From assembly GCA_000004695.1 (NCBI GenBank), contig CM000153.2, forward strand, positions 1,248,001 through 1,312,000: a DNA stretch of 64,000 bases, given 5' to 3'. A model generated the notes under the pieces. It did no database searches and had not been told where the DNA came from. It saw only the letters and a program-made list of their open reading frames with translations. This document shows, in pieces, positions 23,675-36,280 of this stretch; positions within the stretch are counted from its first letter, which is position 1, and each line of letters starts with the position of its first letter. Source of the stretch: Dictyostelium discoideum. Its lineage: Eukaryota. Position numbers and translations under genes: made by a program.

Positions 23675-24109
23675 AAAAAAATAATAAAAAATAAAAAAAT
23701 TAATTAAAATAAAATATTTAATATTCACATAAATTTTCTTTTTTTTTATTTTTATTTTTTTTTTGAGATTCTTGTTTTAAGAAAATAAAATAAAATTAAT
23801 CAGTACAATTATAATTATAATTATTTCAATAAATAGAATTCATGTGATATTTTTGGAAAAAAAAAAAAAAACTTAAATATATTGGTTGGGAAAAAAAGAA
23901 AAAAAAAACAGAGCCACTTTGACTGTCATCCCAGTCAATCGCAAATTTCTCACTTTTTTTCCAATTTAAAAATAAATTTTTTTTTTTTTATTTTTTATTT
24001 TTTTTATTTTTTATTTTTTTTTTATTTTTTTATTTTTTATTTTTCAGCGTGTTTGTTAAAGATTAATCTTTTATCGTATTTATATAAAAAAAAACAAATA
24101 ATAAATTAA

Positions 24110-24265
24110 ATGTACGCAGTGAATCCAATTGAATGTATACATTTAAAAGATGAGTATGATACATGCATAAATAAATCAATATTTGATAAAGATTGTATGT
24201 AATTTTTTTTTTTTAATATTTTTTAATTAAAAAACCTTAATAAATAAACTAACACACCAACCAAA

Positions 24266-24299
<34 letters not shown>

Positions 24300-25864
24300 T
24301 TTTTTTTATATTTTTTATATTTTTTTTTTTAATATTAGTAAAAATAACAAAATGTCATGCATGTAATGATGAGAGTGAAAATTGGATATGTATGACATGT
24401 GGTGTTGTATCATGCTCAAGACATGTCAATGGACATGCAGGTGAGCACTTTGAAAATACCAAACATCCAATATCAGCATCATTTTCAGATCACTCATTTT
24501 GGTGTTACACTTGTGATACCTATGTACATAATACTCCATTATTTGATATTTGTGAAATTTTAGAAAATATTAAATCATCAAATAAAAAAGATAAAATTGT
24601 ACCAAAAAAAGACCAAAAAGAAGAAGAAGAAGAAGATCAAGTTGTACCATCAGCCTCAATTACTACATCTTCAACAACAACTTCAATTTCAAAACAAACT
24701 ACTGTAAATAACACAACAACCACATCATCATCATCAACTACAACAACAACAACCACAACATCAACAACTATTAATAATAATGAAGAAGAAGAAGAATCAG
24801 AATCAGAAACAGATGAATCATCATCAGAAGGTGAAGAAAGTTTATCATTAATTCAAAGAATGAGAGAAATGATATTTGGAGTTGGTAGAGGACCAAAAAT
24901 TGTAGCACCATCAGAACAAGAGGAATCAGAAGAGGATGAATCTTGTGTATTAAAGAAACCAACCATTGAAGAGATTGCAAAATATATAAATTCAGCTAAA
25001 TGTAAAAATATCATTGTAATGACTGGTGCTGGTATCAGTGTTGCTGCTGGTATTCCAGATTTTAGATCCCCAAAAACTGGTTTATATGAAAAATTGGATA
25101 AATATGATCTTCCATATAGAGAAGCCATTTTTGATATTGAATATTTTAAAAAGAATCCAAAACCATTTTATGTTTTATCAAAAGAATTATTCCCTGGTTC
25201 ATTTAATGTAAATTGAAATATAATTTATTATTATTTACATATTATATATATATATTTTACTAATATTTTTTTAAAATAGCCAACAACAGTTCATTATTTT
25301 ATTAAATTATTATCAGATAAAGGGTTGTTATTAAGAAATTTCACACAAAATATTGATACATTGGAGAGAATTGCAGGTATACCAGCAAATAAATTGGTTG
25401 AAGCACATGGTTCATTTGCAACTAGTCATTGTGTATCATGTAAGAAAGAGTATAGTACAGAATATGTAAAGGAGAGAATATTCAAAGATGAATTACCAGA
25501 ATGTACAGAGACAAGTGGTTGTAAAGGTATTGTTAAACCTGATATTGTATTCTTTGGTGAATCATTGCCATCAAGATTCAATGATTGTGCACGTGAGGAT
25601 TTCACAAAATGTGATTTACTTTTAGTTATTGGTACTTCCTTAAAGGTACATCCATTTGCTTCATTAATTAATTTTGCAAAAGGTTGTCCAAGAGTTTTAA
25701 TTAATTTCGAAGAAGTTGGTACTAATCCATATGGTGGTTTCAAATTTAATCAACCTTCAAATAAATTAGATGTTAAATGTATTGGTGATTGTCAAACTTT
25801 AGTTTTGGATTTAATAAAATTATTAGGTTGGGAAAATGAATTTAATCAAATAGTTAAAAATTAA
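24110..25864 (+). CDS. sir2A: NAD-dependent deacetylase (sirtuin) with N-terminal UBP-type zinc finger; join(24110..24194,24339..25207,25280..25864) = 512 aa
   Basis: Exon 1 [28 protein letters not shown] ends at a GTATGT donor (24195). Exon 2 (acceptor aatattag 24338) continues ..[60 protein letters not shown]. Together exons 1-2 give a complete zf-UBP (C.H..C..C...W.C..C...H..H...WCY.C). [21 protein letters not shown] is the sirtuin Rossmann motif. Exon 2 ends ..ELFPGSFN|GTAAAT (25208) and exon 3 starts after ttaaaatag (25279) with [33 protein letters not shown].... Total 1539 nt. The length equals what I recall for Dictyostelium Sir2A (512 aa, zf-UBP). The symbol is from memory and is not verified. 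Confidence 0.6.
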
Positions 25865-26951
25865 TAGTATTAAATGGTAAAAAAAAATAAAATAAAATAA
25901 ATAAAAAAATTAAGTAAATAAATCTAAAAAAAAAAATAATAATAATAATAATAAAAAATCTATTCTTTGAAAAAAAAAAAAAAAACATATTGTAAATATC
26001 CAAAATAGTTCAAATAAATTATAAATCTTTGAAATCTCAAAAAATAATTTTTTATTTTTTTTTTTTTTTAAATTTTTTTTCTTTTTTTATTTTTTATTTT
26101 TTTTTTTTTGGTCATCTCTTTTCGTTTAAAAGTTCAATATTTATAATTATTAACCCCTATAAAAAAAAAAAAAAAAAAAGGGTAAGAAAACAATAGTGAA
26201 TAAAAAAAAAAAAAAAAAAAGAGAGTTCACACGTGATTGATGGGGTTATTTAATTCTTTAAAGAAGTGTGATTCAGTTAATTAAACCACTAGTGGTTTCC
26301 ACATTTATACAAATTATTGTCATTTTTTTTTTTTTTAATTTTTTTTTTATTTTTTATTTTTTATTTTTTTTTCAACTATAATTTATCATCAAATAATTCA
26401 GTCAATGTGTAAAAATTTTAATACCACACTCACACAATTTTGTGTTTATCAATTATTTATTTTTATTTTTATTTTAATTTTTTTTTTTTATTTTTTTTTT
26501 ATTTTTTTTTTTACATTGTTGAGTTTGCAGTATTAATAATAATATGTCCACCTCAAACCCATCTACCACTATCCTAAATATAAATGTGAATATATTTTAT
26601 TTTTATTTTATTTTTTTATTTTTTTATTTATTTTCTTTTTATTTTTTTTTATTTATTTTTATTATTATTTTTTTTTTTTTTTTTTCATTCTCTTTTTTAT
26701 TATTGTTATTATTATTATTATTATTATTTTTCCTAAACTCTTTTCATTATTATTTTTCACTTTGACAAAATAATAAAAAAAAAAATTTTCTTATTTTTTT
26801 TTTTTTTTTATTTTTAATTTTTTTTTTTTTTTTTTAATTTTTTTTTTTTTTTTTTTTGATTTTAAATTTTTATTTTTTTTTTTATTACCATATTTTATTT
26901 TTTATTTTTTATTTTTTTATTTTTTATTTTTTTATAATTTTTATCCTCAAT

Positions 26952-26991
<40 letters not shown>

Positions 26992-27552
26992 CATAATCAC
27001 CACCCCAAAACTTATTCAAAATTATGTACGTTTAACAAATATTGCTCCTATATCAATTTTCATATTTTAGATTTAACAAAAAAAAAATAAAAAAAAAATA
27101 AAATAAAAAAAAAAAATAAAATAAAAAAATCACACACAAACGGATTTAATCATCATCTCTTTGATTTAATCAACCACAACACCTCACTATTTATTTAAAA
27201 AGAAACCAAATGGTTTGATTTTAAATTGTAAAAAAAAAAAAAAAAAATTAAAAAATAAAAAATAAAAAAAAAAAAAAAAAACGTTTTTAACTCGCTCACC
27301 CCCTCTAAAAAATTATTGATAAATAAAATTTTATTTTAATTAATACTAACTAATACATTAAAAAATAAAAAATAAAAATAAAAATAAAAAAATAAAAAAA
27401 ATTTTCAAATTCATTAGTTTTTTTTTTTTAATTCATACATATACATATATAATTTCATTTTTATTTAATATAAATATATAAATATATAAATATATATATA
27501 TATATTATATATATATATATAAGTATATATAAGTATATTTATTAAAAATAAT

Positions 27553-27969
27553 ATGGAAGAAATAACTCAACAATCAACTCATTTTATTGAGTTAAATGAA
27601 AGTAATAATACAATTAAGGAACAACCACCACTACCACCTTCAATAAAATATGAACAACAACAACCACAACAACAACAACAATATAATGATTATAATGATG
27701 AAGATACAGAGTCAGGATCAACATCAGAAGAAATCGATTTATCAGACCAATATACAGATTCAAGTAATTGTCCTGATTGTAGAGCGTTCAATGAAACATG
27801 TAGTTGCAGTAATACAAGTTGTTCGAATAGACATTATACAAATTCAACATCTTCAATATCTGACCTTTTAAATAATAATAACAATAATAATAATAATAGT
27901 AGTAGTAATAATAATAGAACAATAGTTTTAGAATCTAAATTAAATAATAGTTGTAATAATAGTAATGAA

Positions 27970-28038
<69 letters not shown>

Positions 28039-28317
28039 ATTAATATTAGTAATAGTGTTAGTAGTGGTAATTTAACAGCAAGTTATAGTAATAGTAATAT
28101 AAATGGATTAGCACAATCAAGAAGTAGACATGTTTATAGAAATCCAATAACATTGGTAGAGGAATTTACAACCTCCTCTTTATCAGAATTTGGTGAAACT
28201 GAATGTTCATTATCAACTGAAAATATATTTTCAATCATTAAAGATATGGAAGAAACTATATTACCAATTGAAAATATGTTAAAATCTTCACAACGTAATA
28301 ATAATCTTAATCTTAAT

Positions 28318-28370
<53 letters not shown>

Positions 28371-29341
28371 AACAACAACTACAACAACAACTACCACTAC
28401 ACAAGTAGATAATAGTAATAATACCAATTCGAATGATAATAATATTAATAATAATAATAATAATTTAAAGACAAGTAAGGAAATAGAATCAACAACAACG
28501 CCAACTACAACAACACCACCAAGGAAATTATCAATTTCAGCGTCATCTATACCAATTCCACCGCCACCACCTGATGATGCTGTTTCACCAATTGCTTTAT
28601 CTTGTTCTGCTCCTTCTTTTCCTGGCATTTTATCGCAACAAGATAATATTGATAGTTTAGAGAGTACTAACACTACAAACATCACCAACAACAACAACAA
28701 CAACAACAACACCACAACAACAACTACTACACAAAACACAACAGATCCAACCAATACAATTGATCAAAATAAAACAACAGAATCATCCACAACACCCTCA
28801 TCATCATCAAACTCAATTACATCAAAGACTAAAAAACTATTACACTCTTTTAAAAATAAACATCATCATCACAATAAAGGTGAAAAAATGTCAGATTCAC
28901 CGTCAAAGAAAGAAAAACATTCAAAGAAAATTAAAAATTCACCATCAACTGAATTTGTAAATGTACCAAAAGATCAACAAACTCAAACACCTGTAGAAAA
29001 TAATAATAACACCAACACCACCAACAACACCAACACCAATGAAAATAATAATGTAGATAGAACCAACAGTAATAATACTAACAACAATAATACCAATAAT
29101 AATGGCAATAATACCAATAATACAAGCGGAAGTGGAGGCAATGACGATAATAATAACAATAATAATAATAACAATAACAACAACAACAATAATAATAATG
29201 GTAAAGATCAAGATAAAAAAGAAGAAAAAGATAATAAAAAAGAAGAAAAGGAAAATAATATAATAGAAGAGAAATCTATTATTGTACCAAATTTAAATTT
29301 AGAAAATGTATCAACAAATATAATTGTATCAAAACCATTAA

Positions 29342-29373
<32 letters not shown>

Positions 29374-30795
29374 TCTACTACAACCACCACCACCACAACA
29401 ACTTCTTCAATACCACCAACACTTAGTTCCCACTCTTTATCCCAAGTATTTACAAAAGAGGAGGATGAAAACCCACCTGTATTTGTTTCATCTTCATTAC
29501 CAGCATTCCCAATTTCAGAGTTATTGGGTGGTGAATCAAGTAACCCTGATGAAGAAGAATTACCAAGAGGTGGTAGAGGAAGAAGTAATGCCTTCTATAT
29601 GAGAGGCCCACCAGTTCTTGAAAATGGTGATTTTAAGATTCAAACACCAAAAACACCTTCTGTACAAATTCAAACTCAAATCCCAGCTGTTTTACCAAAA
29701 GAATCGAATTCATTAATTTCAAAACCAATTGGTTTATTATCAAAACTAAGAAGACGTCATCATCACCATCATCATCACCATCATCACCATCATAATAAAA
29801 ATAATAATAATAATAGTAACGGTAAAGAATCAACAACAAATAGTAAAGACTCATCATCATCATCGTCCTCATCATCATCATCTTCTTCTTCTTCAACAAC
29901 AACGACAACAACAACCTCAACAACTGCAACACCAACAAAAGAATCATCTAAGAAATCATCAACAACATCAAATATTTTAAGTAAAGTAGTTAAAGGTAAC
30001 TCATCAAGATTTATAGTTGGATTTGCAGATACAATTGGTAGAAGATCTACAATGGAAGATGAATCTGTAATCTATGGTACTTATAGAGGTAAGCATGATG
30101 AAGATTATTTCGCTTTATTTGATGGTCATGGTGGAAATGATGCAGCCAAAGCTGCCTCTGAAGAGTTGCATCGTATATTGGCTGAGAAATTAAAATTAAA
30201 TCATGCAAACCCTGTTAAATGTTTAAAGGAATCATTTTTAGCAACTCATACACTAATTGGTGAACGTGGTATTAGATGTGGTACCACTGCAGTGGTAGCA
30301 TTATTTATTGGAAAGAAAGGATATATAGCAAACGTGGGTGATAGTCGTGCAGTACTTTGCAGGGATGGTATAGCGGTACGTGTTTCATTGGATCACAAAC
30401 CAAATCTACCAAAGGAGGAGGAGAGAATTAGGGCACTCGGTGGTAACGTTGTAACAACAACTAGTTCTGCCGGTGTTGTCACCTCGCGTGTCAATGGTCA
30501 ATTAGCAGTCTCAAGAGCATTGGGTGATTCTTTCCTTAATCCGTTTGTCACCTCTGAACCCGATATTCATGGTCCAATAAACTTGGAAACTCATATCAAA
30601 AATCAATTTATGATCATAGCTTGCGATGGTATTTGGGATGTTATCTCTGATGAAGAGGCTGTTAGTATTGCCGCTCCAATTGCTGATCCTGAAAAAGCAT
30701 GTATAAAATTAAGAGATCAAGCTTTCAGTAGGGGTAGTACTGATAACATTTCTGTAATTGTAATTAGATTTCCACCATTTTTAGAAGGTATTTAA
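27553..30795 (+). CDS. Protein phosphatase 2C (PPM family) with about 800-aa low-complexity N-terminal extension
   Basis: Track ORF 1080 aa. C-terminal ...RRSTMEDESVIYGTYRGKHDEDYFALFDGHGG...GTTAVVALF...NVGDSRAVLCRDG...SLDHKPN..EE.RI...GG.V...RVNGQLAVSRALGD...IIACDGIWDV is canonical PP2C motifs 1-11. Upstream are poly-N, poly-T, poly-S and H12 tracts. Confidence 0.8.
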
Positions 30796-30846
30796 AAAAA
30801 AAATAAAAAAAATAAAAAAAAAAAAATAAAAGAAATAGAATTAAAC

Positions 30847-30877
<31 letters not shown>

Positions 30878-31043
30878 AAATAAAAATCAACATAATAACA
30901 ATAAAAAAAGGTAAAAATATATTTTTTTATTTTATTATTAAACTAAAAATAACTATTTTATTTTGTTTTGTTTAGTTTAAGTTCTTTTCTTTTTTTTTTT
31001 TAATTTTTATTCTTTTTCTTTTTTTTTTTTTTCTATACACATT

Positions 31044-31074
<31 letters not shown>

Positions 31075-31392
31075 CTAAAAAAAGGATAATGAAGATTCAC
31101 CACTAAACCAACGATTTTTAATAATTGCAAAAAAAACAGTGGCAAAACCACCAAGTATTCCATTTCCAAATGAAAAGATAAAGGTTTTTAGAAATGTTTC
31201 TTGTGTTTTTTGAATTGATTTTGATTTTGATTTGGAAGATGATTTTTTCTTTTTTTTTATTTCAAATATATTATCAACTTGTGATCCTATTCCTGTAGAT
31301 AGATTTTCGATATCTATATCAACTTCTGTATTTATTGATCCATATCTATTTTCTTGTGATCTTAAAAATATTTCATAATCTTCATTATTCAT
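31075..31392 (-). CDS. Small (about 105 aa) putative tail-anchored membrane protein
   Basis: Inside track ORF 31075..31539, the first plausible ATG after the poly-F artefact is MNNEDYEIFLRSQENRYGSINTEVDIDIENLSTGIGSQVDNIFEIKKKKKSSSKSKSKSIQKTQETFLKTFIFSFGNGILGGFATVFFAIIKNRWFSGESSLSFF*. There is a single C-terminal hydrophobic helix. Codon usage is coding-like but there is no domain I recognise. Confidence 0.35.
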   Translation of the reverse strand: MNNEDYEIFLRSQENRYGSINTEVDIDIENLSTGIGSQVDNIFEIKKKKKSSSKSKSKSIQKTQETFLKTFIFSFGNGILGGFATVFFAIIKNRWFSGESSLSFF

Positions 31393-32147
31393 TTTATCTT
31401 TTTTGGTAACCCTGAAGGTATTGTTGAACTGAAAATTTTTTACAAAAAAAAAAAAAAAAAAATAAATAAAAATAAAAAATTCAAAAAAATTCATAAAAAA
31501 AAAAAAAAAAAATAAACAAAACAAAACAAATTTAATCAATAACTAAAAAATTAAATAAAAATAAATTCTTTTAAAAGTGTTTAAATATTTGTTTGAATTT
31601 TTTTATTTTATTTTATTTTTTCATTTTTATTTTTTAAAAATTAATAAAAATTAATTTGTTTAAAAATATATTTGTGATGATCTTTTTTTTTTTTTTTTTT
31701 TTTTTATTGAGGGTTTATTATAAAAAAAAAAATAAAAAATAAAATATTTTTGTAAGTAATGTAATTATTTTCGGTGTTAGTTGAAATTGTTATTTTTAAT
31801 TTATTTGACCTTCATAAAAAATCTCGAAAATCGTAAAAAACGTTTCATTTCTTTTTTTTAAAAAAAGTGTAAATCCCGGTATAGGCTCATCGGCACTAAT
31901 TAAAAAAAAAAAAATAAAATTTTTTTTTTTTTTTTTTTTCTAATTTTAATAAACACATTGCTTTACTTTTTTTTTTTTTTTTTTATATATTTTTTATTTT
32001 TTATTTTTCACTTTTTATTTTATTTTAATTTCATTCACACATCTCACCCTATTTTTTTTTAGTACTTTTCACATAACATAAACTTCATCTTTTTAAAAAA
32101 AAAAAAAAATAAAACAAATAAAGAAAGAAATTAAATAAATATTAATA

Positions 32148-32455
32148 ATGACAACAGCAATAAATAATAATATTGTAAATAAAGAGTTTGACTTAAAAGA
32201 TAAAACTTTTTTAGCATCTGGTAAAACCAAAACCATTTATCAATTAAATAAAGAAGATCAATATGTTTTAATTGAATCAAATTCAGCAATTACAGCTGGT
32301 GACGGTGCAAAAAAGGATATTTTACCAAATAAAGACATTTATTCAACAACTACAACCGTTAACAATTTCAAAGTATTACAATTATCTGGTATTAATACCC
32401 ATTTTGTTAAACAAGTAAGTTTTATTATAAAATAAATTAAATTAAAATAAATAAT

Positions 32456-32504
<49 letters not shown>

Positions 32505-33256
32505 AAATTATTAATAATTTTTTTATTTATTTTCATCTTTTTAAAAAATTTAAGGTTGAACCAAATGCATTCATTGCAAAGAAATGTTCAATGATTCCAT
32601 TGGAAGTAATTGTTAGAAGATTAGCAACTGGTAGTTATTTAAAAAGAAATACACATGTTACAGAGGGTACTAAATTCAATCCACCATTAATCGAATTTAC
32701 ATTCAAAGATGATGTTCAACATGATCCATTAGTTACTGAACAAGATATTTTAGAGATGAATTTAAAGATTGGTGGCGTTCCAATCACTTCAAAATTATTA
32801 TCTCAAACTAGACATATTGCAACTTTATCATTTGAAGCTTTAGAAAGAGCTTGGCAATCACTTGATGTAACTTTAGTTGATTTTAAAGTAGGTTTAAATA
32901 TATATATGTCTCTATACATTTAAAAAGAAATATTAATACAAATTTAATCTATATTATTTTTATTATTTTCCTAGGTTGAATTTGGTATTACATCACAAGG
33001 TGAATTAATTTTAGCAGATGTTATTGATAATGATTCATGGAGAATTTGGCCAAAAGGTGATAAAACATTAATGAAAGATAAACAAGTTTATCGTAATCTT
33101 CCATCTGCACTCAATACACCAGGTGCAACACCAACAACACAATCTGGTCCATTACTTAATACTTTATCAGATCAACAATTAAAAATGATTGAAGATAATT
33201 ATGCTTGGGTTGCAACTTCCACTGAAAAATTAGTTGAATTCACTGCTGCAAATTTA

Positions 33257-33287
<31 letters not shown>

Positions 33288-35703
33288 GTAATAATAATAA
33301 TAATAATACAAGTTCTACATCAGTATAATATCATTATTTATATTACTTCATTCCTCCTCCCCATCATCATCGTCATCATCATGTATATAAAATACCCTCT
33401 TTCACACTACCATACCCTTTCTTAATCAATAACAACACATATTTGTGTTTTTTTTTTTTTTTTTTATTCTTTTATTTTTTATTCCTTTTTTTTTTTTTTT
33501 TTTTTTTATCATTTGTTTTTTTTATTCTTAAAATTATTTCAATTGTTTTTTTTTTATAATAATGAGAAAGATATGGAAAAAGAAAGAGGTATATTTTATA
33601 TTTTTTACATTATTTATATACTAATATAAATATATGAAATTATTATTATAATTATAGAGATCAAATAGTTTACCAAATGTACCATCAATAACTACAACAC
33701 CAACTCTTCACCATCATCATCATCATCATCAACAACAACAAAGTGGTGTTGGTAATAATAATAATGTTAATTCAGGATTTCAAGTTCAATTAAATCAACC
33801 ATTAGTTGGAATTATTATGGGTAGTCAATCAGATTGGGAAACTATGAAATTAGCAGCAAATACATTAACAACATTAGGTGTACCATTTGAAACTAGAATT
33901 GTATCAGCACATAGAACACCTGATAGATTATTTGAATATGCAAAAACAGCAAAGAGTAGAGGATTAAAAATTGTGATTGCAGGTGCTGGTGGTGCTGCTC
34001 ATTTACCTGGCATGGTTGCTGCATTAACTCCATTGCCTGTATTTGGTGTACCAGTGCAATCCAAAGCATTGAGTGGTGTTGATAGTTTATTATCAATCGT
34101 TCAAATGCCTGCTGGTATTCCTGTTGGTACTGTTGCAATTGGTGCTGCTGGTGCTACAAATGCTGCTTTATTATCTGCTGCTGTTTTGGCTCCTTATTAC
34201 CCTTCAATCGAGTTAAGTTTAGATTTATATAGAAAGAAACAAACTGATGCAGTTGCTGAAATACCTGTTGATAATCCAACATCAACATCAACTACTACTA
34301 CTACTACAACTACATCAAATGCAACATCAATTTTATCAGCAATTCATACTTCAACAATTAATAGTAATACATCATCACATAATAATAATCAACAACAGCA
34401 ACAACAACAACAAACAATATTACCAACACAACCAACTATAATTAATACACCAACACCAGTTAGATCATCAGTATCAAGATCACAATCACCATTACCATCA
34501 GGTAATGGAAGTAGTATTATATCACAAGAAAAGACACCATTATCAACATTTGTACTTTCAACATGTAGACCATCAGCATTGGTATTGCCACCAGGTTCAA
34601 CCATTGGTATTTTGGGTGGCGGTCAATTAGCAAGAATGATGGCTATTGCAGCAGCACAATTAGGTTATAAGACTCATATTTTCTGTCCAGAGAATGATCC
34701 ATCCGCTTCACATGTTGCAACCTATACCACTAAATCAAACTATAACAACTATTCAGCATTGGACATTTTCGCAAGACAAGTCGATGTTGTAACCTATGAA
34801 TTTGAAAATATTATGGTTGAACCAGTTGAATATCTAACCAAACAAGTTGCAGTATTCCCAGATCCAAAGATTTTAAGAACTTGTCAAGATCGTGTTTTAG
34901 AGAAAACATTCATTCAATCATTGGATATACCAACAGCACAATTCCAATCTGTCGAATCATTTAACGATTTAAAGAGTGCAATTGAAAAGATTGGTTATCC
35001 AGCAATTCTTAAATCAAATACTATGGGTTATGATGGTAAAGGTCAAGTTAAATTAACCGATCAAGTCGATCTTGAACAAGCTTGGAAAAAGGTTACCTCT
35101 GAAACTTGTGCAACCAAAGCAATACTTGAACAATATATAGAGTTTGAATCAGAAGCATCAGTTATTGTAGCACGTGCTTTAGATGGAACAGAGTTAACCT
35201 TCCCATTGGTTACCAATAAACATCGTAATCATATTTTACGTCAAACCATTGCACCAGCTCAATTGCCAGAATATATTCATAAACAAGCCAATGAAATTGG
35301 TTTAAAGATTGCTCGTTCCAATGGTTTGGTTGGTATTATTGCCGTCGAATTATTTGTAGTGAAAAACAATGAAACAGGTCAATACTCTTTAATGGTAAAT
35401 GAATTGGCACCAAGACCACACAATAGTGGTCATTGGACCATCGAAGGTTGTGTAACCTCTCAATTTGAACAATTGATTCGTTGTGTTTGTGGTTTGCCTT
35501 TGGGTTCAGTCGATTTCACTAAACGTATAAGTGAAGCTGAATTTATTCAACAACAAATTCCACCAATTGTAATGACAAATCTTTTAGGTCAAGAAGTTAA
35601 CGGTTGGGAAAAAATACTTCAAACTAAAGGTTCACATCTTCATATCTATGCTAAAGGTGATGCAAAAGAAGGTCGTAAAATGGGTCATGTTACTCAACAA
35701 TAA
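32148..35703 (+). CDS. purC/E: Trifunctional purine-biosynthesis protein: SAICAR synthetase (PurC) + AIR carboxylase PurE + N5-CAIR synthetase/ATP-grasp PurK; join(32148..32414,32555..32887,32975..33322,33658..35703) = 997 aa
   Basis: Exon 1 ...[11 protein letters not shown]..; GTAAGT at 32415. Exon 2 (acceptor tttaag 32554) ..[19 protein letters not shown].. (PurC). GTAGGT donor at 32888. Exon 3 (acceptor ttttcctag 32974) [30 protein letters not shown]...(N)n..TSSTS. The only way to reach the downstream domain is a GTATAA donor at 33323 and acceptor ataattatag at 33657, both phase 0. Exon 4 ...[29 protein letters not shown]...VPV (PurE), poly-T/Q linker, ..[27 protein letters not shown]...DGKGQ...[17 protein letters not shown].. 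(PurK ATP-grasp). The spliced length is exactly 997 aa. This matches my memory of the Dictyostelium purC/E product length. Confidence 0.65.
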
Positions 35704-35819
35704 AAAAAAAATTAAAAAAAATAAAAATAAAATTTAAAATTAATTTTTAGATATTTTCCAATTAGACTACTTTTATAATTTTTTTTTATTTAAAAATTTA
35801 GCAGTTTAATAAAGTATTT

Positions 35820-36060
35820 AAATTTCCCAATAAAAAAAATAAAAATAAAAAAAAAAAAAACAGATTCATAAATTTAAATCTGTTTTTTTTTAAGGTTTAA
35901 TAAAAATATCATCTTTTTGTTTTTTTTTTTTTTTTTTTTGTTGGGAAATTTAAATAGTTTATTAAAATCTTTATTTAAATTAAAAAAAAAAAGTTTTTTT
36001 ATTTTTTATTGGGAAATTTAAATAGTTTATTGAAATCTTTATTTAAATTTAATAAAAAAG
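35820..36060. repeat. Composite repeat downstream of purC/E: inverted copies of aaatttcccaataaaaaa and a tandem about 70-bp duplication (ttgggaaatttaaatagtttatt[a/g]aaatctttatttaaatt), plus a 6-bp-stem hairpin (cagattcataaatttaaatctg) followed by T9
   Basis: 35821-35840 aaatttcccaataaaaaaaa versus 35938-35955 and 36008-36025 tttgttgggaaattt / ttattgggaaattt (reverse-complement relationship). 35943-35990 and 36013-36058 are near-identical. 35858-35888 is a palindromic stem + T-run. Confidence 0.7.
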
Positions 36061-36280
36061 TTTTTTTTATTATTTATTTTTTAAGATATTAATAAAGGAA
36101 AATAAAAAACCTTTAATATTTAAATTTAATAAAATAAATAATATATAAAAAACCTTTTTTTTTTTATTATTTTTTTATTTTTTTTTTTTTTTTATTTTTG
36201 TTTTTTTTTTTATTTTTCCAAAAAAAAAAAAAATTAAAAATAAAAAAAAAATAAACCACACAAAAGATTTAAAAAAAAAA

